The notes under the pieces are model-generated. The model had not been told where the DNA came from. It ran no database searches and was given only the letters and a program-made list of their open reading frames with translations. From the NCBI GenBank assembly GCA_964016885.1, contig OZ024745.1:134478001-134542000 (forward strand): a stretch of DNA of 64,000 nt, in the 5' to 3' direction. This DNA comes from Eledone cirrhosa (taxonomy: Eukaryota). Shown here piece by piece: positions 26,301 to 38,600 of this stretch. Every line of letters starts with the position of its first letter. The stretch's first letter is position 1. Made by a program: the position numbers and the translations under genes.

Positions 26301-29300
26301 AGAGTTAACCTACAAGTGCTGCTGGTACTCATGGAAGTATAAAATGAAATGTCTTGCTTCAACCCACAACCTTAGGATTGTGATCTCAACACCCTAACCA
26401 TTTGGTGAATATAGACTGCAACTTTCAAAGAATTAAAGATTTTGAGTCATTAGAAAAGACAGCATTCAAAAGCAAGCCACAGGTTTGGAAACCTTTTAAA
26501 AAAAATATTTTGATAACCAGCATAAGACCAGTTAAGATAATATTGTGCAACCATTTGAAATGGTTCTTGTGTTATCTACCTGGCCAACATTGGTCAAAAT
26601 AACTTATTCATATTTTAATGAGAATATATCAATGCAAATCTCATTGCTATGTCTATAATGTGGAAATTCACAGAGAAATGCTTGTTAGAATTTTTCCAAC
26701 ATATTTTAACTTTGATATAAGAAACCCAATGTCCTTTATACAAGTTTAGGTGTTTTCAAGAATCATCTTTCTATATAATGGGAAATGTAAGGATTTTGAT
26801 GCTTTTTACATTTCCATGCTGGTCATATGCATGAGTGTGTTACATAATCTGTCTATTGTGTTTTTCAGTTGAGCAATGTTCATAGTTAAATGTTATTGAA
26901 TTCTGAGAACCATATTGTAGTGCATGTAATGGCAGTGTCAGAGTATAACTATAGCCCAGTGACAGTTATCTACTATATCAGTAGAAGATACGATGATTGA
27001 TAGCTGTTAATGTTTGGAGTTGGAGGAGAATGGCAATTGATGCTATCAGTGCAGGAATGTATGTGTTAGGATGGAATCTCTCTAAGAAAGGATAAGGATT
27101 GTGTAAATGAAACACAAGAGTTTTCATATAGTTTCTTATTTTAGCATTATAAAAATATGATTCTATGCAAAAAAGTTGTTGGTTTGATAACATTTTATAT
27201 ATTTACCTACTTTTTTTAAATAGGCTAAAAATAAAAAACCATTGTTTGTTCAATTTGTCCTTGAAAACCTCTGGGCTGTGTATCAGGCTGTAATGATTAA
27301 AAAGTAAGTTTTATTATGAACAATTTGCATATTTTTCATGTCTAGTTAACCCCTTTTCTTATTGTATTTCTAATGAAAGATATTGCCTACAATTTTCAAA
27401 TAATGTTGAAAATAATCAGAAATTTGTAGGATTTAGTAAATTAACTTTCTTATTATCAAGCTGGTATTTGGAGCATAACTTAACATAAGTTCTTACATAA
27501 AACTATGATAGAATGTTTCTAGATAAATATAAACACTTCAAATTAAACAGCGTTGTATTGTAGAACCAGGGGTTTTGAAAAATACTGACAATGAAAGTAT
27601 TTCAATTAATACTATTACAAATAAGTTTCGAGTAGTGGGAGTGGGATTTTATCAACTCTTGATCAAACAAATGTGGTATATTTAAAAGTTTGCCAGTGTT
27701 TTATGTTGTGTACATTATTTTACTTATGTCTTTCTAGCTAGTAAAATTCTGTATACTTGGAAATTCTATCAAACTAGACTGTTTTCTCTTCCTTTAGATA
27801 CTATAAGCAGTAGCATTATTTGCAAAATCTCTCTCTATATAAGAAGCATTAGTTGCTCTACCTCAGTACCAAGTAAGTGTCACTGATGATGAATTAACTA
27901 TCCTGAAATAATAGTATTTGGCATTCTCACACAGTTACTGAAGTAGTTGTTAAATAATCATGACTTAAAATACTCACAGAGACTTATGTATTGGGGTGCT
28001 GAAAAGTTCCTGGCTTAAGGGTAGAGCTGTTACCTTTACAGGGGGAAGTAGAACTGCTGCAATAAGTATCATGAAAGGGTAGAGCTGTTACCTTTACCGG
28101 AGAGGTAGGACCGCTGCAATAAGTGTCATGAAAGGATAGAGCTGTTACCTTTACAGGGGAGGTAGGACTGCTGCAATAAATGTGAATCTGAGAGGGGAAT
28201 ATCTGTCATTTTCATAATTTCATTTTATGTCCACTTTTCCCTGCTTGCAAGGGTGGGACGGGAACTGATTCTGGCTTGATTTCTGCAGCTGGATGCCCTT
28301 CCTAACACCAACCTCATTTACAGTGAGTGCTGGGTGCTTTTTTGCCGTGGCACCTCCACGACCACTTTACAGTGGAATGATAGGGATCCCAGTCCCTATC
28401 ATCTCATTTCTACAGCTGAGTAAACTGGAGCAACATGAAATAAAGTGTCTTGCTCAAGGAAACAACACATCACCCGGTCTGAGAATTGAACTCACAACCT
28501 TTCGATTGCAAGGCCAATGCTCTAACCACTAAGCCATGTGCCTCCATCATCATCATCATCAACGTTTAACGTCCCGTGTTCCACGCTTGCATGGGTTTGG
28601 ACGGGGGTAGTCCCACTTGAGGCAAGAGTGATTGTCTTGCTCGCATAGGACTGTCTGGCAGGTTTTCTACAGTTGGATGCCCTTCCTAACACCAACCACA
28701 TTTACAGTGTGGGTCTGGGAGGTTTTTACCGCGTTGCCTACACGGCCACATTACAGCGTGGACTGTGTGTTTTTTTGTCGTGACACCTACACGGTCTCAT
28801 TTGTTTCGGCCTGGATGGCACGGCACCAACATAACTTTACATAGAACGGGGTGGTGTGGATGGGGTGGGGGTGGTGGTGGTGGGACGGGGTGTATTTTGT
28901 TAGAGATGCCTACTGGCTGGAGTAGGTTTTACTATATATATTTAGGTAAGGCGGGTCTTCTCTGTTACTGAGTCCCGCCAAAGGTCTCGGTCCAGTGACA
29001 TTGTCTTGGAGAGGTGTAAGTGTGTGATGTCGGAGTTTATCAGCTCGTCCCAGGTTTTTCTAGGTCTGCCTATTCCGTGACTACCGTCTATCTTTATTGC
29101 CCTGCACTTTGTTATACAGCTATCGACTTTCATGCGCATCACGTGTCCATACCAACGTAGCCTTCTCTCGAGTAAACAACATCTGATCCCTCTTATCTCT
29201 AATTTTTTCCTTAGTTCGTTTCTGCTTTGCCGTTCACGTATATTACTGTTACACATCCAGCGGAGCATGCAAGCTTCGTTCCTCTCTAGTCTGCGTATAT

Positions 29301-32300
29301 CCTCTGCACACAATGCCCAGGTCTCACTGCCATGCAACATTGCTGTTCGTATGCAGGCATCGTACAACCTGCCTTTCATTTTTAGGGAGAACCCTTTAGC
29401 AGCTAATAGTGGTATAAGCTCTCTGAACTTTTTCCAACCAGTTCTGACTCTAGCTACAGTACTTTCAGAGCACCCTCCCCCACTACTGATTTTATCGCCC
29501 AGGTAACGGAAGCTGTCCACTATTTCTATAGAACCCTCTGCGCAATTGAAAGAGCTAGTATTTTGTGGGCACTTGCTGCTACTTATTGCACCAGAACACC
29601 GGCCACATGTAAAATCTATGTTCTTAGTTAGCTTACCTGTGATCCCACTACATCTTTTATGTACCCATACTTTGCATTTAGGACATAATATGGAGTTTCT
29701 ACCTACGCCTTTCCTACACACCGAGCACGACCATTTCCCAGAAGGGACCGCCGCCTTGTTTTCTTTCCTACAAACTAGAACTTTGGTCTTAGCCAGGTTA
29801 ATTTTAAGTCCTTTTGACTCTAGGCCGTGCTTCCATGTTTGGAATTTCTTCTCTAGCTCGGCCATTGATTCCGCTATGAGTGTCAGGTCGTCTGCGTATA
29901 GGAGTTCCCATGGGCAGCCTGTCTTGAACTCCTCTGTTATAGCCTGAAGGGCAATAATAAATAGTAGGGGGCTGAGAACAGAGCCCTGATGGACGCCAAC
30001 TTTTACGCTAAACTCTTCACTATATTCGTTGTTAATTCTAACCTTGCTGACTGTTTCTTTATACATGGCTTGTATAGCCCTCACAAGCCATTCGTCAACG
30101 CCTAGTTTTCTAAGAGCCCACCAGATAATGGAGCGGGGGACTCTGTCGAAGGCTTTCTCCAAGTCGACAAAAGCTAAGTAGAGGGGTTTACCTTTAGCTA
30201 GGTACTTCTCCTGTAGTTGTCGTACTATGAAAAGAGCGTCTGTGGTACTTTTGCCTGACACAAACCCGAACTGCATTTCATCTACGTCAATTCTCTCTCT
30301 GATTAGTTGCGCTATTACTTTTTCCGTGACCTTCATGACCTGGTCGATTAATTTAATGCCTCTATAGTTACTCCTATCTAGGGCGTCTCCTTTACCCTTA
30401 TAACAGTTAACGATGATGCTGCTATGCCAGTCCTTCGGAACAACCCCATTCTGTACGACTTGGTTAACTATGCGGGTGACCATGGTGTGTCCCACCGTGC
30501 CAGATGCCTTCAGCATCTCAGCAACTATTTCCGAAGGCCCAGCCGCCTTACCCGTCTTCATATCCTTGATTGCCTTACTTATTATACTCCCCTCGACTAA
30601 CACTGCTGGTCCCTCTATTGGGTCGATATGGGGGAGACTGTCTTTCTCCCATTTATTCTCCTCATTTAGTAGCCTTTCATAGTGACACTTCCAAGCTACC
30701 TTCTTATCAGTGTCGGTGATGGCAAGTATGCCATCATCGTTAAGTACACACTTCTCCCCGACAATATCACGGTTTTCCTTGACGCATTGCCTAGCAATCC
30801 TGAACACCTCACGTTTTTGGTCATCGCGTTGTAGAACATGCTTGAACTTTCTTTCCTCAGCTTCCCTTCTTGCTAAGTACACTTCTCTCCTAGCTTCCCT
30901 CCTGGCCACTTGATAGTCTACTCTACTTCCCCCATCCCGCCATACTTTCCAAGCCTGCTTTTTGGCCTTAATTGACCCCTCCACCTTACTGTTCCACCAC
31001 CATGTTACTCTCCTCCTGCCTACAGGCCTGCTCCAGCCACAGACTTCGTCTGTCGCCAACAGCAGGTTTGCTTTCAGAAATTCCCACTGTCCCTCTATAT
31101 TGTCCGACTCTAGATGCTCTTCCTTACTGTCGAAAGCATCAAGTAATATGCTTTGGAATTTATTTCTGGCTGTGGGGTCCTTTAGCTTCCATATTTTCCT
31201 CCTGAGGATAGTCCTCTTCTGCTGTCGAGTACGTCTCGTCCTGACTATGAGGTCGCTAATTATCAGTCTATGTTGGGAGGTGCATTCTTCATGGGGGAGG
31301 GATTTAGTGTTTACAACAGACACTCTGTCACGTCTTCTGGTAAGGATATAATCTACCTGGCTTGTGTGTTCCCCGGATCTATAGGTGATCAGGTGATTGT
31401 CACGTTTTTTTGAAGTTAGTGTTACAGATAGTTAGGTTATTTGCATCACAGAATTCCAGGATTCTGGAGCCTTCCTCATTTCTAGTACCAAACCCATAGC
31501 CTCCATGGATTTCGTCGTAGCCGTCACAATGTTGTCCAACGTGACCATTTAGGTCGCCTGCAATAATTATATAGTCACTGTCAGATATTTGGGAGGTAGT
31601 TAGCAACAGTGTCTCATAGAATCTGTCTTTTATAGTGCCGGGTAGTCCGGATTGGGGTGCGTACGCAGATATTACTGTCACCGTAGTTCTATTGAGGACA
31701 AGTCGTATTTTAATTATTCTGTCGTTCACTCTATTTACGTCTATTATCTTATCTGCCCACTTTTCTGCTACCATGATTCCTACTCCACCCAGCCCATTGT
31801 CGTTTCCCACCCAGAAAAGCTTATAACATCGTTTTTTACCCTCAATGAATCTAGCAGACCCACCCCTCCACCTGGTCTCTTGAATACAACAAACATCGAC
31901 CTCCTTACGTTCAAGCATTTCTACAACCTCGTTAGCGCAACCCTTTAGGGTGCCTACATTTATGGTACCAACTCTGAAGTTTTGGATTGCGTTTGGAGGG
32001 TGGGGGGCGGGGGGAGATGGGGTTATGTTAGCCATCCGCGGACGAAACAAAGAGGAGTGCTCGCATTCTCGTCCACGAGGTGAATTTGACTTTAACTTTG
32101 GCATTTTCGCTCTGAGCGTCCAGATTTTTCTCTCCCTTCCACTCTCCAGGATTCCGCAGTCCGTCCATCCATCCATCCATCATATATCGAAGGCAACCGG
32201 GCAAGCGATAGTATAGGCCTCTGGCTTATGATTGGTCCGCGTAATAATAATAATGGTGATGCGTGGGGGGGGGGGGCTCTGGCTTATAATGGTGATGTGG

Positions 32301-32658
32301 GGGGGGGGGGGGGCTCTGGCTTATGATTGGTCCACGTATTAAGAATGGTGGCGTGTGGGAGGGGTGTGGGGTAGCTAGCTGGAAGGTTATGAATGTTTAA
32401 CAAGCGATTAACAAAAAGCAAAACTGCAAGATTTGTTCTGTTCAATACGACAAAAACAACCGTATTTAAACCTTAAATAAATAACAAAAAATACAGATTT
32501 CGGATTTTGCGAGATTGGATGTTTGGACTATGTACGAAATTGAGCGTGGAGTAGATAGAAAAATGTGTACGTTACGATTACATGGGTACACCGTAGTAGG
32601 AATAATTGAAGCAGCGATGGATTGGCGAAAGTGAATAAACATGAAGGAGAACTTATCT

Positions 32659-32689
<31 letters not shown>

Positions 32690-35600
32690 AGCTAAGAGAG
32701 AGGGGAAGGGGAAGAGAGAGAGAGAGGGGAAGGGGGAGAGAGTGTGGCTGACCGCAGCCCCTCGTGGAGTAGATGGAGGGTGAAGGGTTAAGTATGTGTG
32801 CCTATAGGGGCCTTCATCTTACGACCGATTTTCATGAAATTTTCCAGGCTAATAGATTAGTCATCGGGGAGTGTTTTCTATATATCAGTGTTTAGTTTTT
32901 TTATTCCGGGGTCATTCTGCAGATAGCAATCGATAGGGGGGAGGAGTCACCTTTTTTTAGGTATCGAAAAATAAGATTTTTGGCTCTAGCTACCACATTT
33001 TGCCACTGATTTCGTTCAAATTTTAAAGCAGAATAGAATTTATCATTGCACATCCTGTAATGGCTTTATATTTAGCATTTGTTGTTCATGGACAGCGTGG
33101 CAGCCGCTTAAATATTCAAAAATACCACTTTTAGACTCAAATTTCCACTTTTTCGGCTCTAGCTCCCACATTAACCAACCTACTTTGTTCAAATTTTACA
33201 CTACGCTAGATCTGATTATTTCACGTCTTAAAGTGGCTTTATATTTTGGATTTTTTGTTCAGGAATGGCATGGCAGCCGCTTAAATATTCGAAAATACCA
33301 CTTTTTCGCTCAAATTTCCGCCTTTTCGGCTCTAGCTCCCACATTTTTCAACCGATTTCGTTCAAATTCGAAACTTCGGCTCCACCTCACACATAAATCA
33401 ATTTATTTGGTTCAACTTTTATACTACGATAGAACCTATCATTGCACATCTTATAGTAGCTTTACACTTTGCATTTTTTGTTCAGGGATGGTGACCTATC
33501 ATTAGCTCCCACATTTTTCAACCGATTTCGTTCAAATTCGAAACTTCGGCTCCACCTCACACATAAATCAAATTATTTGGTTCAACTTTTATACTACGAT
33601 AGAACCTATCATTGCACATCTTATAGATGGTCAAAGGCAAAACGATGGCTACTGACGTCGTTTGAGCTTTTAGTTGTGTATTTGAGAATTCATCGGTTTC
33701 CAATCAAGTAGCGTGAGGAAATTTGGTTTAGTGTTAGAGGTCATTACCTCCCTCCCCCAGCATGCCCCTTCGTCAGTCACCAGCGTTTCTCAGTGATAGA
33801 GGTCATCACCACCCTCCCCCGCATGACCTGTGTGTGGCCATAGATGAGCCATCGAGAAGCAGTCGCTAAGATCAACACCTTTTCATCAAAGCAGATATTA
33901 TTTTACCTACCCAGGCAACACTGGGTACTGCTGCTAGTGTTGAATAAAATCAGTCACCTGCGTTTCTCAGTGATAGAGGTCATCACCACCCTCCCCCGCA
34001 TGGCCTGTGTGTGGCCATAGATGAGTCATCGAAAAGCACTCGCTAAGATCAACACCTTTTCATCAAAGCAGATATTATTTTACCTACCCAGGCAACGCTG
34101 GGTACTGCTGCTAGTGTTGAATAAAATCATAATTAACTGATTCTCCTGTATTTTTTTTTACCCAAAGCCAGGAACCTTTCAGCACCCGGGTATGTTTGTT
34201 AAACGTAAACATATTGTATATGCTCCACTATATGTCTCTATTATGAATCACATTGTGTTAGTGCTGCTACTTATTAATACTAGCCTGTCAAGCTTGTACT
34301 ATATGCAAATAAACCATCACCAAAAATGTATCACCTGCAAAATCTATATACCTGTAAGGTGGTAGTGCCAAAGCATAATAAAATGCTCCTAGTACATTCT
34401 GTTATGGAGACATCCAGTTATAGAAACCAAATCAGAGTATACAAGACGTTATCTGATGAGTCTAACCTCAGTCCATGATAACATGTCTCACTGATGCAAA
34501 CATGGAAAATAGATGTTAAATGGTGATTAGGAAACATTAGTTCCCTTATTTCAGTATCAAGTCAGTAAGCATCACTGATGATGGATTAACAATCCTAAAA
34601 TACTAGTATTTAGCATTCTCAGGTGGTTACCAAGGTAACTGTGATATGATCATAGGCAGCTAATCAATGAAAAAGACTGATACATTTTTGATCAGCTTGT
34701 TCAGATATTTCCAAACTTCACTCTTAAACAATTCTTAATAAAGCATTTTGCAAGAAAACCAGAATCCACTAGAGTTATTATTTAAAATCTTTCATTTTTT
34801 TTTTTTATTTTCAAACAATCAAATAAATGCTAAAGTATATTATTTCTATTTTTCTTCCATAGAGACAAGGAAATGGTTTCAAAGATTGTAAATTCCTTAA
34901 ATCTGAAAATTTCTGCAAGAGATTCTCGATCCGATCCTAAAGTCCATTTGCAAGCTATTTGCAGTCAATGGCTCCCTCTTTCAAATGCAGTTCTTTGTAA
35001 GTTCCTAATTTTTTAAAAAGTCTGTTACATATCCATAATTATATAATTGTTTCTACTTTTGGCACAAGGCCAGCAATTATCCCAGTACATTACTGGTACT
35101 TTATTTTATCGACCCCTGTAAGGATGAAAAGCAAAGTGAACCTCGGCGGGTTATTATAATTATATAATGCTTTGGGTTTTGCTCTATTGAATTTGAACAT
35201 AAAGAATAAAAGGTTCAAAATTAAATACTTTTGAATAGCTAAACTTTCTTCTGACAAACTAATGTTTCTGATTTTAAAGTTATAAATGAACTAGTACAGG
35301 TTGTTATATATAAACTAGTACAAAATGATTATCTCATAAGGATTTCCACATAACAAATGGAATTTTGGTATTTCATTTGTTGTCCTTTTTACCCGAAGTG
35401 GAAGAGCCATTGTTCATAGTTTTGTAGGTCTTTTCTGGTTTTACAGCTAGTGTATTAGGGCAGATATTAAAGCGTTTAGATAGCTGGGAGTTTGTTTCTG
35501 ATCTTGGTTTCAAAATGAAATAACAATATCCTAACAGAATATTACTACTGCACAATAACAAGGTTTCTCTACAGGGAAATGGTGCTCAGAATGAAGAATA

Positions 35601-38600
35601 ATATATGTTTTATGTTGGAGTTAAGGCAAAAGAGCCTGATTTTAGAGAAACTAGGTGCAGTAAGATAAATAAAAAGATTACAAGTGTCGTTTGTGATGCC
35701 ATGAGGCAATAACATTGGCATATGATGTTAGATATACATTGTGTGGAAAAAATTGAAAGTATATGTTGCAATTGAAAAGCATTAATGATATAATTCTGGT
35801 TTGCCGTTGTCATTAATAATAAAGCTAGTATTAGTGATGAAAGAAGGAAATGTATATCTCAAAACAACTCAACATGCATCATCATTTAGATTAATATCAA
35901 ATGCTAATTAAACTAGACTGATAATCACTATTTTACAAGATTTTCTTTTGATCTTGGTTTCAAAATGAAATAATTAAAAGAATATTACTACTTTAATCAA
36001 AAGGAAAGATGGATTTGATTATGGCTTCAGATTTTCTGGTGTAATGGGTTATAGTCAGTCAATTGACCTAGGTGCGTGACTTTGTGGTTAGGGTATTCGG
36101 CTCACAATTGTAAGGTCGTCAGTTTGATTCCCGGTGGCGTGTTGTGTCCTTGAGCAAGACACTTTATTTCACATTGCTCCAGTTCACTCAGCTGGCAAAA
36201 ATGAGTTGTGCCTGTAATTCGAAGAGCCAGCCTTGTCACATGCGGTGTCATGCTGAATCTCCCGGTAAGGGTACATGTGTCTGTGGAATGCTCAGCCACT
36301 TGCATGTTAATTTCACGAGCAGGCTGTTCCATTGATCAGATCAACTGGAATTCTTGTCGTAACCAATGGTGTGCCTTCCTTCCTCTCTCCTTATTTTTAT
36401 TTAATTTTAATCACTAGTTTTCCTTCTGTTTCTCCATGATAAAGAACAACCCTTTTCCTATTGATTAGTCTTCTAAAGTTAGCTTGAAAATATTACTTTG
36501 AGACAAAAATGTTAGCAAGAAAAAAAGAAATAGGAAATATGGTGTAACATGAATACTTTTATAATTTATGTAGCAATGGTAGCCATGAAAATCCCAGCTC
36601 CAACAAATATGTCAAAAGAGCGTATTGAGAAACTGATGTCCAGCAACTCTTGTAGTTTTGAATCATTACCACAGAAGAGTCAAGATTTAAGAAATGGTGA
36701 GAAATGGCATCCATCTTTTTGTCTTGGAAATATTTTTTGTTGTCAATATGGAATGGTTGTTCTTCAGATACTCTGTTCTTCTCACATCACCCTATCAGAT
36801 AGAATTGTTTTCTCTGTGTGTGTGTGTTTTTTTTTGTTTTTGTTTTCATCTATTTATTTATTCTGAACAGTGAAATCTACTATCCGTTCATGGCATAAAG
36901 AAAGGCTAACATATAGTGAAAAAGATTCTTTAGAGACTTCTAGATCTACCAGTCCTATCAAGTCACCATTTATTCAGTGACAGAAAATGAAATTTGAACT
37001 TGGAATAGACAGAACCAAAAGCAGATACCACAAAACATTCCGTGTGATGTTTTGACAATTCTGCTAATCCACCACCTGAATTGATTGGAAAGGATGAACG
37101 ACAAAGTTGACCTCAGTGGCTTTTAAACTTAGAATGCAGTGATCCAGAACAAGTACTGCAAGGCATTTCTTCACATATATAAACATGTCAAATGAGACTA
37201 GAATAAAAAGTTTCAAATCATTCACTATATATTTTTGAAATTTTGGGGATTCTATATGTCGGCTTCATAAATTTATTATTTTAGTGCCATTTCTTGTTAA
37301 TAGCCCGAGATATAGGAACAAAAATAATTATTTGTCTATCACTTGATCCAACTTGATAGTCCTCAGCTGTTTTTCCTGTTTTTTTGTGTCTGAAATATTT
37401 TACTGTTTTATATTTTTATTAGATTTCTTGGCCTGTAGTTCATCAGAAGATGCTCCTGTCATTATATTTGTTTCAAAAATGGTTCCAATTGACAGAAAAT
37501 CACTTCCTCAGAACAAAGCAAGGTATTTTATATTATAAAATGTTTTGAAAGACTGTTATTGGTGCAATCGGAAGCGCATCCAGTTGTAGAAACCAAGCCC
37601 AAAACACATCTGTATGAGCAAGACATGACTTGTCTCATCACTTGACAACTCATCTAACCCATGCAAGTATGGTATATGGCGCTGATGTTTGTTGAAGCGC
37701 TGTGTTGCAGGGTGTATTGTTTATGGGGGTGTATAAACAACTGCCATTGCATATGTTTATAAATGGTACCAACATGAAGTTTGTAGTGAGAAGCGTGTGA
37801 ACACGCATACATTTAACAGACTTCATGCAGCTTCCCCCAACCAAATTTACTCAAAAGGCATTGGTCAACTCACGGCTATAGTTAATGACACTTGCTAAAA
37901 GGGTCCAACGGTTATATCGAACCCACGATCATTTGGGTTTGAAATGAACTCCTTAACCACACTGTCATGCTTGGAAAAAATACTGATATGCTTGTAATAC
38001 TCTCTCTGTATAGATAACATTAGCTGGGGAGAATTACATGTTGGTGCTATGATAAAATGGATCCAGTGCACTCTGTACCGTGATTGGTATTAGGAAGGGC
38101 ATCTAGTCGTACAGACCATCCCAAAAATGGAAAATATGAGCAAGACACAGTCCCAGAGAGCAGTAACTGATAAAAACTGAATTTGACTGTAACAACACAT
38201 CCAACCCATGGCAGTAAAAGGACGTAGAATTATGGTGATTCTGATATTGATGATAAATTTCAGGTTGGTAGTTGACATAATTTTCTGCTTATTTGGTAGA
38301 CCTTTGAGTGAAGCTGATTTGCAAGAGAGAAGAAAAATTGCTTTACAAAAGCGAGCTGAAAGGTTAGCTGCAAAAACCACAGAAAATACTGACAATGTAC
38401 AAGACAAGCAGAAATCAGAAGAAAGTTTACGTATGTCCATCTGATGATACTTTTTTACCTTTTTGTTACTGAAACCACTCTTGCCTTTCCAATTCAAAAC
38501 TGTTTATTTATTTAATTTAAAATCTTCCATTATGTTCAAAACAGCAGCTTTCATAACTAGAAAACCCCTCCAACTTGATTACTTTTAAATTCATTTGAAA

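Larger units (their letters stand above)
28202..34114 (+). mobile_element. Non-autonomous Helitron unit containing a SINE and an RTE LINE
   Basis: Inserted between A28201 and T34115 with no TSD; begins TC, ends hairpin cccaggcaacgctggg + CTAG (34111-34114); 3' end tandemly duplicated (177 bp). Confidence 0.8.
27991..34190 (+). mobile_element. Mariner-derived non-autonomous element (27991-28201 + 34115-34190) split by a Helitron unit
   Basis: TA-flanked TIRs gggtgctgaaaagttcctggctt / aagccaggaacctttcagcaccc; rejoining the halves gives the transposase end NLRGEYVE* (ggggaata|tgttgaataa); internal ~58-bp repeat x3 at 28018-28180. Confidence 0.85.

Noticed and set aside
29132-31351. Several + strand ORFs overlapping the RTE
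   Set aside because: Antisense shadows of the RT frame with no recognisable motifs
31400-32176. Separate ORF1 or programmed -1 frameshift in the LINE
   Set aside because: This ORF is the APE domain; restoring the frame needs +1, and a paralogue has A6 in frame
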